Positions 8,718 to 18,277 of a stretch of DNA of 64,000 bases are shown piece by piece (within the stretch, counting starts at the first letter, position 1; every line of letters starts with the position of its first letter). The DNA lies in contig CAVRJY010000004.1 in assembly GCA_963721805.1 (NCBI GenBank), positions 64,001 through 128,000 on the forward strand, given 5' to 3'. Position numbers and translations under genes: made by a program. The DNA comes from Nitrospirota bacterium. GTDB lineage: Bacteria; Nitrospirota; Thermodesulfovibrionia; Thermodesulfovibrionales; JdFR-86. The notes under the pieces are model-generated. The model was given only the letters and a program-made list of their open reading frames with translations, was not told the origin of the DNA and did no database searches.

Positions 8718-9689
8718 TCAATACTCCTCGATTACAGCCTTGTCCCTGAGCCTCTTCAGTGTGGACTCCCTGAGTTCCTTCTGCCTGTCGGCCTCCATGC
8801 GCGCCTTGATGCCGGCGGCTACTTCGTCCAGAGTAAGCTGAGCGGGTTCGATGATCTCCTCGACGCGGACGATATGAAAGCCGTATATCGTGCGTACAAG
8901 GGGGCTGATTTCGCCGGCCTTCAGAGCGAAGGCCACCTTCTCGAGGTCGGGGTCGAGGCGGCCCTTGTGCACAATGCCGAGCTCGCCGCCCTTGACCCTG
9001 TAAGGGTCGTCGGAGTAGTCCCAGGCCAGTTGCCCGAAGTCTCCGCCCTTCTTCAGTTTGGCGAGGACCTCCTCGGCCCGCTTCTTCCGGAGCGCGACCT
9101 CCCCGGCCGAAAGCGACGGGTCGACCGCGATGAGGATATTGCTCATCCTGCGCGACTCAGGCCGTTTATAGGCAGCGCGGTGAGACTCATATTCGGCCTT
9201 CACCTCGGCGTCCGTCACCGCGGACTTGGCCTTGAACTCCTGCGCCTCGAAGGCCTCAACCGTAAGCCTGCGGCGGAGGTTCTCGACATATTGATCCCTG
9301 GTTAGCCCGGCGGCGCTAAGGGACCCGAAATAGCTCTTCATGCTCCGCACACGGTCGATCGTCTTTTGTTCGGCCGTGTCTACCGCGCCAAGTTCGGGAT
9401 GGATGCCGAGCCTCCGGGCTTCCTCATAAAGCAGCTCTGACTCTATAAGCATATCGATCGCCTTGGGACGGTACGCGGCCAGGGTCTCTTCGGAGACCGT
9501 CCCATGGAATGAAGCCGCCGGCAGCAGCTGGTTCATGGCCTCGCTGAGCTGAAACTGGTTGAATACGACGCCGTTGACCTTAAGGACCGGTTTCGAAGCG
9601 GATGCCCCGAATGCAACAGGCGCCCATAAAGCGGCAAATACCATCGCCGCGGCCCATATTACGGAAACCCTGAGTGAGAACACCTTCAT
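8718..9689 (-). CDS. SurA/PpiC-type peptidyl-prolyl isomerase chaperone
   Basis: Signal peptide, SurA-like N region, parvulin motifs (SNILIAV, DFGQLAWDYSDD, KGGELG, GEISPLVRTIYGFHIVRV). Confidence 0.9.
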   Translation of the reverse strand: MKVFSLRVSVIWAAAMVFAALWAPVAFGASASKPVLKVNGVVFNQFQLSEAMNQLLPAASFHGTVSEETLAAYRPKAIDMLIESELLYEEARRLGIHPELGAVDTAEQKTIDRVRSMKSYFGSLSAAGLTRDQYVENLRRRLTVEAFEAQEFKAKSAVTDAEVKAEYESHRAAYKRPESRRMSNILIAVDPSLSAGEVALRKKRAEEVLAKLKKGGDFGQLAWDYSDDPYRVKGGELGIVHKGRLDPDLEKVAFALKAGEISPLVRTIYGFHIVRVEEIIEPAQLTLDEVAAGIKARMEADRQKELRESTLKRLRDKAVIEEY

Positions 9690-9786
9690 GCGACTCCCCT
9701 TTCGGTTAAGAAAATTAATACAAGCTTTATTATCACATAAATGGCGGCCCGTTTTGAACGCCGCCGCTCATTGACCTGCCGCGGGC

Positions 9787-12389
9787 CTACCGCGCAAACG
9801 TCATGCCGAAGGTTCTCCGCACCTTCAGTGCAAACTCATGCTGCATAACATTGCCGAAATCCATCATATTGGTGTAAGAGGCCGAGAGGGTGAACCTCCG
9901 GTACTTCCAGTCGTAGATGATGGCCGTGTCAGCGAAGAGCCCGGCGTTATTTTCGACCTTCCGGATAGTTTGCGTAAGCGTCAGGGTGCTCTCGTTCGAG
10001 ATGTGATAAGACGCATCGCTTTGGACGTCCAGCTCGCTAGGCATGGTGTCGCTGCCTGTGTAAGAAAGGGAACTCTGGACCTGGAGCTTCATGGAGGGGT
10101 TCCAGTGGAGCCCCGCGATGACGTAAGTCGTCTTTTGTATCGCGGCACCTGAGCTTTCGACGGGCATGTCCAGATAATAGTTTGCCGTCACATCCAACTT
10201 GAGGGAGTAGTCCGGCATGTAAAGCGCGTATGCGGAATAATGATGCCTTATGCTCCAGTCCTTGGCGCTGACGGAGCTGTATTGTGGGTCGGACGGGAAC
10301 GGATAGACCGTCTGCGCGTCGTAGGCCAGCCTCAGGTTCACCCTCTCGGAGCCGAGCAGCGTAGCGGCTGCGCTGAAGGTGGCGGGGAAGCCGTCGACGT
10401 CGTAGCCGGCGTCGAATCCCATATCGAACTGTATCCGCCTGGTCATGTAAGTGAATTTCCCGATTATGTCCTCGGCAAGGTTATAAGTGAAACCGTTGTT
10501 CCTTAGTGACGTATTAGCGCCGACATTCGAAGTGTAGTTGACGCTTGAGGTGATGATGCCGCTGCCGCCGTCGATACCGGCGACCCTGCCATTGTAGTAG
10601 ACATCTGCCCTGGTCTCCGAAATGATATAAGGGGTCAGGCGAAGGCGCTTGACCACGCCGTTGTCTCCCTCCAGGCCCAGGCCGAATGAATATTCCAGCT
10701 CGTTATATTTGTGGCCCGGCGTGTCGGAATAGGCGTATCCGACCATCCCCTCGGCGTAGTATGCAAGCAGATACTTAAGCGGGCTCGTATAAAGCAGATC
10801 GGAGTACGTGAGATATGAGTCGTTGTTCTGTTGGGAGTGGACCCTCAGTATATTAGTGAAGTCCGTCTCGCTGGAGCTCTTCTGGGCGAGGTTCCCCCAC
10901 TGCTGGTGCGTGTCGAGCTGGGCGTCGGAATAACGTGTTTCATTGGTGCCATATACGTTATTGTAGTAGTTATAATAGAAGTTCCACCAAGTCCTGAACG
11001 TGGGCTGCCCCGGGGTTATTTCAGTCGGGTCAACCGATATCATTCGCAGAGACGCCTGCTCAGCCGAGTAGTTGCCATCTTTGAAGTTGGTAAAATTTGT
11101 CTGCGAATCGTAGTAATCGAAATAGATCAACGGGAACTTGAATCCGAATAGTTCCTTGCCGCTTTGGAATCGCTCCGCCCAACTCGGTCCGGAGTTACTC
11201 CTCCAGTTCCAAAAACTGTTGCCGTTTCCGTTACCATTTCCGTTGCCATTTCCGTTACCATTTCCGTTGCCGTTTCCGTTGCCATTTCCGTTGCCGTTGC
11301 CGTTGCCGTTTCCGTTGCCATTTCCGTTGCCGTTTCCATTGCCGTTTCCATTACGATTCCAGCTCCAAGCACCGCTCCCGTTTCCATTTCCATTTCCGTT
11401 GCCATTTCCATTCCGTTACCATTTCCATTCCCGTTTCCATTTCCATTCCCGTTTCCATTTCCATTCCGTTCCATTTCCATTCCCGTTACCATTTCCATTC
11501 CCGTTACCATTTCCATTCCCGTTACCATTTCCATTCCCGTTACCATTTCCATTCCCGTTACCATTTCCATTCCCGTTACCATTTCCATTCCCGTTGCCAT
11601 TTCCATTCCCGTTACCATTTCCATTCCCGTTACCATTTCCATTCCCGTTACCATTTCCATTCCCGTTACCATTTCCATTGCCGTTTCCATTCCGTTGCCG
11701 TTACCATTCCCGTTGCCGTTGCCGTTGCCAGTCTCGATTCTATTCAAGCGCCTGTATTTAAGCCTGTATCTGTTTTGTGCGGAATCTTCTTTCTGTGTAC
11801 CGTCGTCGTAATAAACTATATTGCCGTAGCCGAAAAACCTGATAAATCCAGGTCTTGAATAAAAGAGGCTGAGAGCGATATATTGGTCTGTATAGTCTTG
11901 CCCCCTGCCGTATTCATATATCAGTTCGATAGGCTGGGGAAGATACTGCCAGAGTTTCAGCCCTCTGCTGGTGTTGATGTCGTTTAGGAAACTCAGGTCA
12001 AGGCCGATCCTGCCGTCCCATTGCGATGCCGTTGTCGCAGAGCTAAAATAACCGGTGCGGCTGAAGTTGTCGTACTTCGTCATGACCTTGAAGACCATAA
12101 GCCTCGGGTCCACGACGTAGCCGGTATATGTCAGCTTGTATATCTGGTCGAATTCGTGGCCCGGTCCGAGGTCCCCGAATGCGGAATAGAAATCTTCCTC
12201 CACCGAGAAATCCAGAGTGTATCTCCTCTGGTGCCTCCAGCCCTCATCGAGGTAGCTTAAGGCCTCGGCCCTCTCCGGCAGCAGTGCGAAAGCCAGGGTA
12301 ATGCCAAGCAGCATAAGGGCGCAAAGGGCTCCCAAGGCCCCCGTGCGTGGCTTAAATCGCTTCATCCCTGTCATGCCGCGGATGGTCAT
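9787..12389 (-). CDS. Putative outer-membrane beta-barrel protein with a (Gly-Asn)n insert; one gene of about 870 aa split by indels (track ORFs 11127-12389 and 9787-11130)
   Basis: Signal peptide ending ERAEA; Tyr/aromatic-rich beta-strand pattern; C-terminal FALKVRRTF. The downstream frame stays open back to 11415 and reads (GN)n-SFWNWRS...FPLIYFDY. Confidence 0.65.
11221..11730 (-). repeat. (GGN-AAY)n coding microsatellite including about 11 tandem 18-bp units GGAAATGGTAACGGGAAT
   Basis: Directly visible as ccattt/ccgtta repeats on the + strand; about 510 bp. Confidence 0.95.
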
Positions 12390-12397
12390 CGCCCTGT

Positions 12398-12745
12398 TCA
12401 GTTCCGCCTGTCCGCGCCTATGGCGTGCACCGCGCCGCCCTTGACCGCGACGCCCCTGCGCCGGCCTTTAAGCGGCACGGCCAGGCCGCTGAGCTCCAGC
12501 ACCCTGACGTCGCGCTTTATGGTCGCCACCGAACTGAAAAGAAGGCTCGAGAGGTCATCGTACCCAAGCAGATGGCCCTGACGCTCGGCCTCGGTAGCGA
12601 GCCTGTGAACCCGCTGCCTCCTGAGCGCCGATAGCCCCTCGTCACGCAGCACCTCGTCGTCGCCCTGCCCGACGAGCGTGAGCCTGAGCTTGACGGCCAG
12701 CCCGCCTTTGTTGTCCACGTAGTATTCGACCTTGCCGTAGTCCAT
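12398..12745 (-). CDS. DUF1670-like small HTH protein
   Basis: RQRVHRLATEAERQGHLLGYDDLSSLLFSSVATIKRDV pattern. Confidence 0.7.
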   Translation of the reverse strand: MDYGKVEYYVDNKGGLAVKLRLTLVGQGDDEVLRDEGLSALRRQRVHRLATEAERQGHLLGYDDLSSLLFSSVATIKRDVRVLELSGLAVPLKGRRRGVAVKGGAVHAIGADRRN

Positions 12746-12753
12746 CGCCAGTG

Positions 12754-13041
12754 CTACTCCTCTCCTTCAACCTGCCTGGGCGTACCGATCAGCATGCCGC
12801 TGCGCCTCAGGTAGTTCATATCGCGCTTAAGCGTGGCCTTCGAGGTCAGCATTATCATCCCGAGGTCGCGGTAGCTGAGCTTGGCACCCTGCCATATGGC
12901 CTCCTCGATGATCCTGCCGAGCCTCTTGCGCCTCGTCTCCGCCACCCCGGCCCCGTGGTCCTCTTCGCTCAATACCGTGAGCCGAAGTGTCTTCAGGCTG
13001 TTCTTGCCGTCTTGCACCCAATACGTCAGCGTACCGCTCAT
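12754..13041 (-). CDS. DUF1670-like small HTH protein, paralog of the adjacent gene
   Basis: RKRLGRIIEEAIWQGAKLSYRDLGMIMLTSKATLKRDM; SD GGAGGG. Confidence 0.7.
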   Translation of the reverse strand: MSGTLTYWVQDGKNSLKTLRLTVLSEEDHGAGVAETRRKRLGRIIEEAIWQGAKLSYRDLGMIMLTSKATLKRDMNYLRRSGMLIGTPRQVEGEE

Positions 13042-13148
13042 CTGAACCCTCCACTTGGAAAAACTGCGTTAAATGCCACACTCAGGGTCATATGCCTGAG
13101 CTCCGTTTTGACATGGATATCCCGATCAAGGCTGAAAATTAAGATCAT
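13038..13148 (-). CDS. Possible 36-aa leader peptide or small protein
   Basis: MILIFSLDRDIHVKTELRHMTLSVAFNAVFPSGGFR; SD GGGGGAGGG; its stop overlaps the next start (ATGA). Confidence 0.35.
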   Translation of the reverse strand: MILIFSLDRDIHVKTELRHMTLSVAFNAVFPSGGFR

Positions 13149-13192
13149 TTGAGCCCTCCCCCAAACTATGCGATACACTTCTACATAAAATA

Positions 13193-13208
13193 TCCAAAAA
13201 ACATGCCA
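13193..13208 (-). promoter_or_regulatory. Near-consensus sigma54 promoter at the head of the cytochrome operon
   Basis: TGGCATG-TTTT-TTGGA; the -12 GC is replaced by GG; lies in an AT-rich divergent intergenic region. Confidence 0.4.
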
Positions 13209-13527
13209 TCCTTAGCTCAAGCTATAATTATGCATATTTCCTTCACTTTTCCTTCATTTTTTCTTCATTTTATTCCGATCAAAAACAGGACAAACCATGA
13301 CAAACCTCCTCGTGCAGTTCATATGAACCCGTTGCAAATGACCCTCCCAGACCGAACCCTCCCGGAAACGGAATGCCTGCTAGCCTCTGAAGCCTGTTCG
13401 CAGAAGTTTTTAATGGCTTTCATGCAACAGTTTATTGATGAGCGGTTGCCAGCCTCACGCCGGGCGCCTCCCATGCCTTAGGGGGCGTAATATTTATAAT
13501 TCCGCGTGGGGCATGTATAATAGGCCG

Positions 13528-15042
13528 ATGCAGAAGATTTCAGCCGAAGAAGTCGAACTGCCGCTCCTCGCGGGCGTGCCGCTTGGCTACGCGAAGGGCA
13601 ACATGGTGCTGCCCGTGCGAAGGGATGGCGGGGTGCTCATCGGCGCGGTCTCGGATGCGCGCGGGGCGATGGCGCTGCGCGAGATCGCCCGCCGCCACGG
13701 TCTGACGCCGCAGCAGATCCATCTGCCTAACGACGAACTCCTCGATCTTATCAACCGCGTTTACGCTACGATGGGCTCGGCCCGCGAGGTCATGGACGAC
13801 ATCTCGGGCGAGGATTTCTCGTCCGTCGCCACCGAGTTCGAGCGGCCGCGCGACATCCTCGAACTGGCCGAGGAGGCCCCGATCATCAGGCTCTTAAACG
13901 CCCTCCTGCAGCAGGCCGTGAAGGAGCGCGCCTCGGACATCCATATCGAGCCTTACGAGAAAGAACTGGAAGTCCGCTTCCGCGTCGACGGAGTGCTGCG
14001 CCGCGTGCTCACGCCGCCCAAACTCATACAGGACGCGCTTCTGAGCCGCGTGAAGATCATGGCCAGCCTCGATATCGCGGAGAAGCGCCTGCCGCAGGAC
14101 GGCCGCATACGCCTCCTGATAGCAGGGCGCGACATCGACGTCCGCGTCTCGGTCGTGCCTACGATATACGGCGAGCGCGCGGTCTTACGGATGCTTGACC
14201 GAATGTCGGGCCTGATCGGGCTTCAGGAGATCGGCCTCTCGGCTGCGGACGAGCAGACGCTCGGTGGCCTGCTTAAGCGCTCGCACGGCATCCTGCTCGT
14301 CACCGGCCCGACCGGATCGGGCAAGACGACCACGCTGTACGCCAGCCTCAACCTCATACACTCCGAGCAGAGCAACATAATCACTATCGAAGACCCGGTG
14401 GAGTACCAGCTCCGGGGCATAGGGCAGATACACGTCAACCCGAAGATCGGGCTTACGTTCGCCTCGGGGCTGCGCTCGATCTTGCGGCAGGACCCGGACG
14501 TGATCATGGTCGGCGAGATACGCGACCGCGACACGGCCGAGATAGCCATTCAGGCCTCGCTTACGGGCCACCTCGTGCTGAGCACGCTTCATACCAACGA
14601 CGCCGCATCGGCCGTGACGAGGCTCATCGACATGGGGGTCGAGCCATTCCTGGTCGCCTCCTCGCTGATGGGAGTACTCGCGCAGAGGCTCGTGCGCAGG
14701 CTCTGCCCGGAGTGCGCCACGCCATATGCGCCCAGCCCCACCGAGGCCGCGTACTTCGGCCCGAACCCGCCCGCCCGCCTCATGCGCGCCGTAGGGTGCG
14801 ACAAGTGCGGCCAGACCGGATATATGGGCCGCGAGGGCATATTCGAACTCCTGGTGGTAGGGCCCGAGATCATCAGACATATAACCGACCGCACGGACGC
14901 CTCGACGCTCAGGGCCGAGGCGCTAAGGCTCGGGATGCACAGCCTCCGCGAGCAGGGTTTCATGAAGGCCGCAGCTGGAGTTACGACGCTAGAGGAGGTC
15001 CTGCGCGTGACGCGCGCCGAACATGCCGATATTCCGGTATAA
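13528..15042 (+). CDS. gspE: Type II secretion ATPase GspE
   Basis: ASDIHIEP, GPTGSGKTT, LRQDPDVIMVGEIRD, LSTLHTND, zinc CxxC pairs; start set to ATG 13528. Confidence 0.93.
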   Translation: MQKISAEEVELPLLAGVPLGYAKGNMVLPVRRDGGVLIGAVSDARGAMALREIARRHGLTPQQIHLPNDELLDLINRVYATMGSAREVMDDISGEDFSSVATEFERPRDILELAEEAPIIRLLNALLQQAVKERASDIHIEPYEKELEVRFRVDGVLRRVLTPPKLIQDALLSRVKIMASLDIAEKRLPQDGRIRLLIAGRDIDVRVSVVPTIYGERAVLRMLDRMSGLIGLQEIGLSAADEQTLGGLLKRSHGILLVTGPTGSGKTTTLYASLNLIHSEQSNIITIEDPVEYQLRGIGQIHVNPKIGLTFASGLRSILRQDPDVIMVGEIRDRDTAEIAIQASLTGHLVLSTLHTNDAASAVTRLIDMGVEPFLVASSLMGVLAQRLVRRLCPECATPYAPSPTEAAYFGPNPPARLMRAVGCDKCGQTGYMGREGIFELLVVGPEIIRHITDRTDASTLRAEALRLGMHSLREQGFMKAAAGVTTLEEVLRVTRAEHADIPV

Positions 15043-16201
15043 GGGCTACGCCGCGGGCGGGGGCTCGGCCGCGGGCACGATAGAGGCCGAAGGCCCGCAC
15101 GACGCCGCCCTGAAGCTCAAGGCCCAGGGGCTGCACCCCTGGGAGATCACCTCGGAGGAACATACCCGCCGCTCCCCGCTATGGGACCGCATCCGGGGCC
15201 GCGAATCCGTACGCCTCCCGGCCCTCACCCGCCAGCTTTCGATCCTTATAGGCGCGGGCGTCCCGCTCGTCGAGGCCCTGCGCGCGTCATCGAGGGAGAA
15301 GGCCGGCCGCGAGGCCCGCATAATGTTAGACATCCGCGAGCGCGTGGCCGGGGGCTCATCCCTGGCCAGGGCGCTTGAGGCATACCCCGACGTGTTCCCG
15401 GACTACTACCGCGGCATGGTCGAGGCCGGAGAGAACAGCGGAGCGCTCGATGACGTCCTGGGCCGGATGGCCGAGCACCTCGAGGCCGAGGACGAGATGG
15501 CGGGCAAGGTGCGCGCCGCGATGGTATATCCGCTGTTCATGGCATCGGTCTCGATGATAGTCCTCTCGTTCCTCTTCGCCTTTGTAGTGCCGAAGATCGT
15601 GAAGCTCTTCGAAAACTCGAAGGTCGCGCTCCCGCTCTCCACGCGGCTGCTCATCGCGATAAGCAACGTGCTGACCGGCTGGTGGTGGCTGATCCTTATA
15701 GCAGGCGTATGCGGCGTGGGGGCCTGGAGGGTCATAAGCGCCCGCCACCGCATCAGGATAGACAAGCTGACGTTCTCTTTCATGCGGGAACTGTATATAG
15801 CAAGGCTCGCCCGCGCGCTCAGTTTTCTGCTCGAGGGCGGGATGCCGTTCATCCGGAGCCTCGAACTGGCGGGCCGCGCGGCCGGAAACGAATGGCTAAA
15901 AGCCCGCTGCAGCGAGGCCTCGGAGTCCGTGCAGGGCGGCTCTTCGCTTTCGGGCGCTCTCTCGGGCGGGGGGCTCCCGCCTGTATTTATCGAGCTCGTG
16001 GCCACCGGCGAGCGCAGCGGAAAGCTCAGCGAGGTGCTGGGCCACGCCGCACGCGGGTACGAGGCGGACTACAGCCGCAAGGTACAGCGCTCGCTCGCGC
16101 TTTTGGAGCCGGCGCTGATATTATTAATGGGCGCGGTGGTGGGGTTTATCGTCTTCGCCGTACTGCTGCCGATGTTCCAGCTTAACCAGCTCATCCGATA
16201 A
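15023..16201 (+). CDS. gspF: Type II secretion inner-membrane platform protein GspF
   Basis: TRQLSILIGAGVPLVEAL, AGENSGAL, LLEPALIL. Confidence 0.92.
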   Translation: MPIFRYKGYAAGGGSAAGTIEAEGPHDAALKLKAQGLHPWEITSEEHTRRSPLWDRIRGRESVRLPALTRQLSILIGAGVPLVEALRASSREKAGREARIMLDIRERVAGGSSLARALEAYPDVFPDYYRGMVEAGENSGALDDVLGRMAEHLEAEDEMAGKVRAAMVYPLFMASVSMIVLSFLFAFVVPKIVKLFENSKVALPLSTRLLIAISNVLTGWWWLILIAGVCGVGAWRVISARHRIRIDKLTFSFMRELYIARLARALSFLLEGGMPFIRSLELAGRAAGNEWLKARCSEASESVQGGSSLSGALSGGGLPPVFIELVATGERSGKLSEVLGHAARGYEADYSRKVQRSLALLEPALILLMGAVVGFIVFAVLLPMFQLNQLIR

Positions 16202-16217
16202 GGAGGCCGCAATCCCG

Positions 16218-16685
16218 ATGAACAGCAAACCGTCCGCGACTGAAAGAAAAACCCTCGGCAGCGATGGCTTCACCCTGCTTGAGATCATCGTAGTCGTATT
16301 CATCCTGAGCCTGCTGGCCGCCATCGTCGCGCCGAAATTCATGGGCCGCACAGACGACGCCAAGGTCACGGAGGCGAAGGTCCAGATCCGCAACTTCGAG
16401 ACCGCGCTTAAGCTCTACCGCATCGACAACGGCCAGTACCCCTCGACCGAGCAGGGCCTGGACGCTCTCGTCGCCAAGCCCACCATCGGCAACGTCCCGG
16501 CCAAATACAGAGATGGCGGATACCTCGAACAGAAGCGCCCTCCGATGGACCCCTGGAGCAACCCCTACGTCTACGCCTCGCCCGGCACTAACGGCGACTA
16601 CGACATCATCAGCCTCGGGGCCGACGGCAGGGAGGGCGGCGAGGGCTACAACAAGGATATCCAAAGCTGGGACCTCGGTAACTGA
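16218..16685 (+). CDS. gspG: Major pseudopilin GspG
   Basis: G|FTLLEII, YPSTEQGLDAL, DPWSNPYVY, SLGADGREGGEG. Confidence 0.95.
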   Translation: MNSKPSATERKTLGSDGFTLLEIIVVVFILSLLAAIVAPKFMGRTDDAKVTEAKVQIRNFETALKLYRIDNGQYPSTEQGLDALVAKPTIGNVPAKYRDGGYLEQKRPPMDPWSNPYVYASPGTNGDYDIISLGADGREGGEGYNKDIQSWDLGN

Positions 16686-16722
16686 TTGCATGAACAAATC
16701 GGCCGAGGGCAGGTGAACGACA

Positions 16723-17277
16723 GTGAAGTTCATGCGAGCCATAGCCCGGCCTGATATAGAATTAATTTCCCCTCAAACACCCCGAACTCGTGCAATCCGC
16801 TATCGCAACCATTCGTCGGACCGCGCCATCGCACACGGCGGCTTCACGCTGATAGAGCTCATCGCCGTGCTCGCCATCGTCGCATCGCTGATGGTCATAG
16901 CCCTGCCCCGCCTTGATTTCGGCCGCGACAGGCTGGCCTCGGAGTCCCGCAGGGTCGCGTCGCTCCTGAGGGCGACAACCGAGGAGGCCGCGATGCGCAA
17001 AGAAGACCTCCTGCTCAGGTTCGACATGCCCCAGCATACTATAGGCGTGCTCCGGCCGGACGATAAGGCAGCCCCTCAGCAGCTGGAATTCTTCCGCTCG
17101 GTCGAGCTGCCCTCGCGCGGCGTGGTCAAGGAAGGCACGCTCGACGTCCCGATAGGCCCGATGGGCCCGGCCGAGCACGTCATAGTACACCTCGCGGAGC
17201 CCGGCGGACGGGCGATGACCGTGACGCTCAACAGCATAAGCGAACGCGTGACGATCAAGCAGGACGCGCCGCAGTGA
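16723..17277 (+). CDS. gspH: Minor pseudopilin GspH-like (start uncertain)
   Basis: G|FTLIELI prepilin motif; position after gspG. Confidence 0.75.
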   Translation: MKFMRAIARPDIELISPQTPRTRAIRYRNHSSDRAIAHGGFTLIELIAVLAIVASLMVIALPRLDFGRDRLASESRRVASLLRATTEEAAMRKEDLLLRFDMPQHTIGVLRPDDKAAPQQLEFFRSVELPSRGVVKEGTLDVPIGPMGPAEHVIVHLAEPGGRAMTVTLNSISERVTIKQDAPQ

Positions 17278-17660
17278 AGCGCAACGGGCCCCACGGGCCC
17301 CACGGGGGCCTTCCCCTTAAAGGCTTTACTCTGCTGGAGGTCATGATCGCACTCGCGATAGCCGGCGGGGCGCTGGTAGTGCTGCTTTACAGCATATCGT
17401 TTCACCTAAACCTGATAGGCGACCAGCGCACGCGCACGGTAGCGGCTATGCTCTGCCGCGAACGGCTGGAGACTTTAAGGCAGATCCCAGCTGGCCCGCC
17501 GCAGGGCGCCTTCGATGCCCCTTTTGAGGATTACCGCTACCAGACCTCGATAGGCAACTCGGCCTTTGACGGCCTGAGCGTGCTTAACGCCACGGTCTCG
17601 AGCGGCCAGACCTCCGTATCGCTGCGCGAACTCGTGCGCACGAGGGAGCTCAGCCAGTGA
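17274..17660 (+). CDS. gspI: Minor pseudopilin GspI-like
   Basis: G|FTLLEVMIALAI; position in the operon. Confidence 0.78.
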   Translation: MKRNGPHGPHGGLPLKGFTLLEVMIALAIAGGALVVLLYSISFHLNLIGDQRTRTVAAMLCRERLETLRQIPAGPPQGAFDAPFEDYRYQTSIGNSAFDGLSVLNATVSSGQTSVSLRELVRTRELSQ

Positions 17661-18277
17661 TCCGGCGGCAATCCATAGCCGGCTTCACTCTCCTTGAGAT
17701 GCTCGTGGCGCTCGCGATATTCGCGGGCATGGCCGCGATGCTCTATAGCGGCCTGTTCGCGGCCCACCGCGCAACCGACGGGGTGCAGGACTCGCTGCTT
17801 CGGCTCCACGAGGTGCGCACCTCGCTTGACGTGATGCGCCGCGAGATCGAGGCCGCAGAGCCCATAAAGAGCACCGACCCGCTGCCCTCGCTCACCCTCA
17901 TCGGGAAGGACTACTACGGCTCGGCCTCGACGGACTGCACTTTCACGACCTTCCGCTCCCCGTCGGGCGGCTCGCTCATGGTGCGGTATTACGTGGTAGA
18001 GTCCGACGACCGCAAGCTCGCCCTGCACAAGCAGGTCCGAAGGCCCTGGGCCACGCCGGATGAGGCCGAGGACGCAGAGCTGATCGACGACATAGGCGGC
18101 TTCCTGGTCGAGGTCAGAGACGGCGACAAATGGAAGTCGACTTGGGACGGCCAGATAACCGGACAGGGCGGCGGCCAAGACTCAGGCCAAATCCGCATAA
18201 CGCTCACCGTGCATGCGAAGACCGGCGACATGACGCTCCGCGAGACCGCGAAGCCAGCTATCGGGGGCGGGATATGA
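17657..18277 (+). CDS. gspJ: Minor pseudopilin GspJ-like
   Basis: G|FTLLEMLVALAI; position in the operon. Confidence 0.78.
   Translation: MIRRQSIAGFTLLEMLVALAIFAGMAAMLYSGLFAAHRATDGVQDSLLRLHEVRTSLDVMRREIEAAEPIKSTDPLPSLTLIGKDYYGSASTDCTFTTFRSPSGGSLMVRYYVVESDDRKLALHKQVRRPWATPDEAEDAELIDDIGGFLVEVRDGDKWKSTWDGQITGQGGGQDSGQIRITLTVHAKTGDMTLRETAKPAIGGGI

Noticed and set aside
11127..11811. MEMVTG-repeat tail and the + strand PFPLPF and ISIPVT repeat ORFs
   Set aside because: These are alternative-frame readings of the (GN)n microsatellite; third-position variation fits the Gly-Asn frame.
13149..13481. 110-aa + strand ORF
   Set aside because: It spans the AT-rich divergent promoter region and has no protein-like features.
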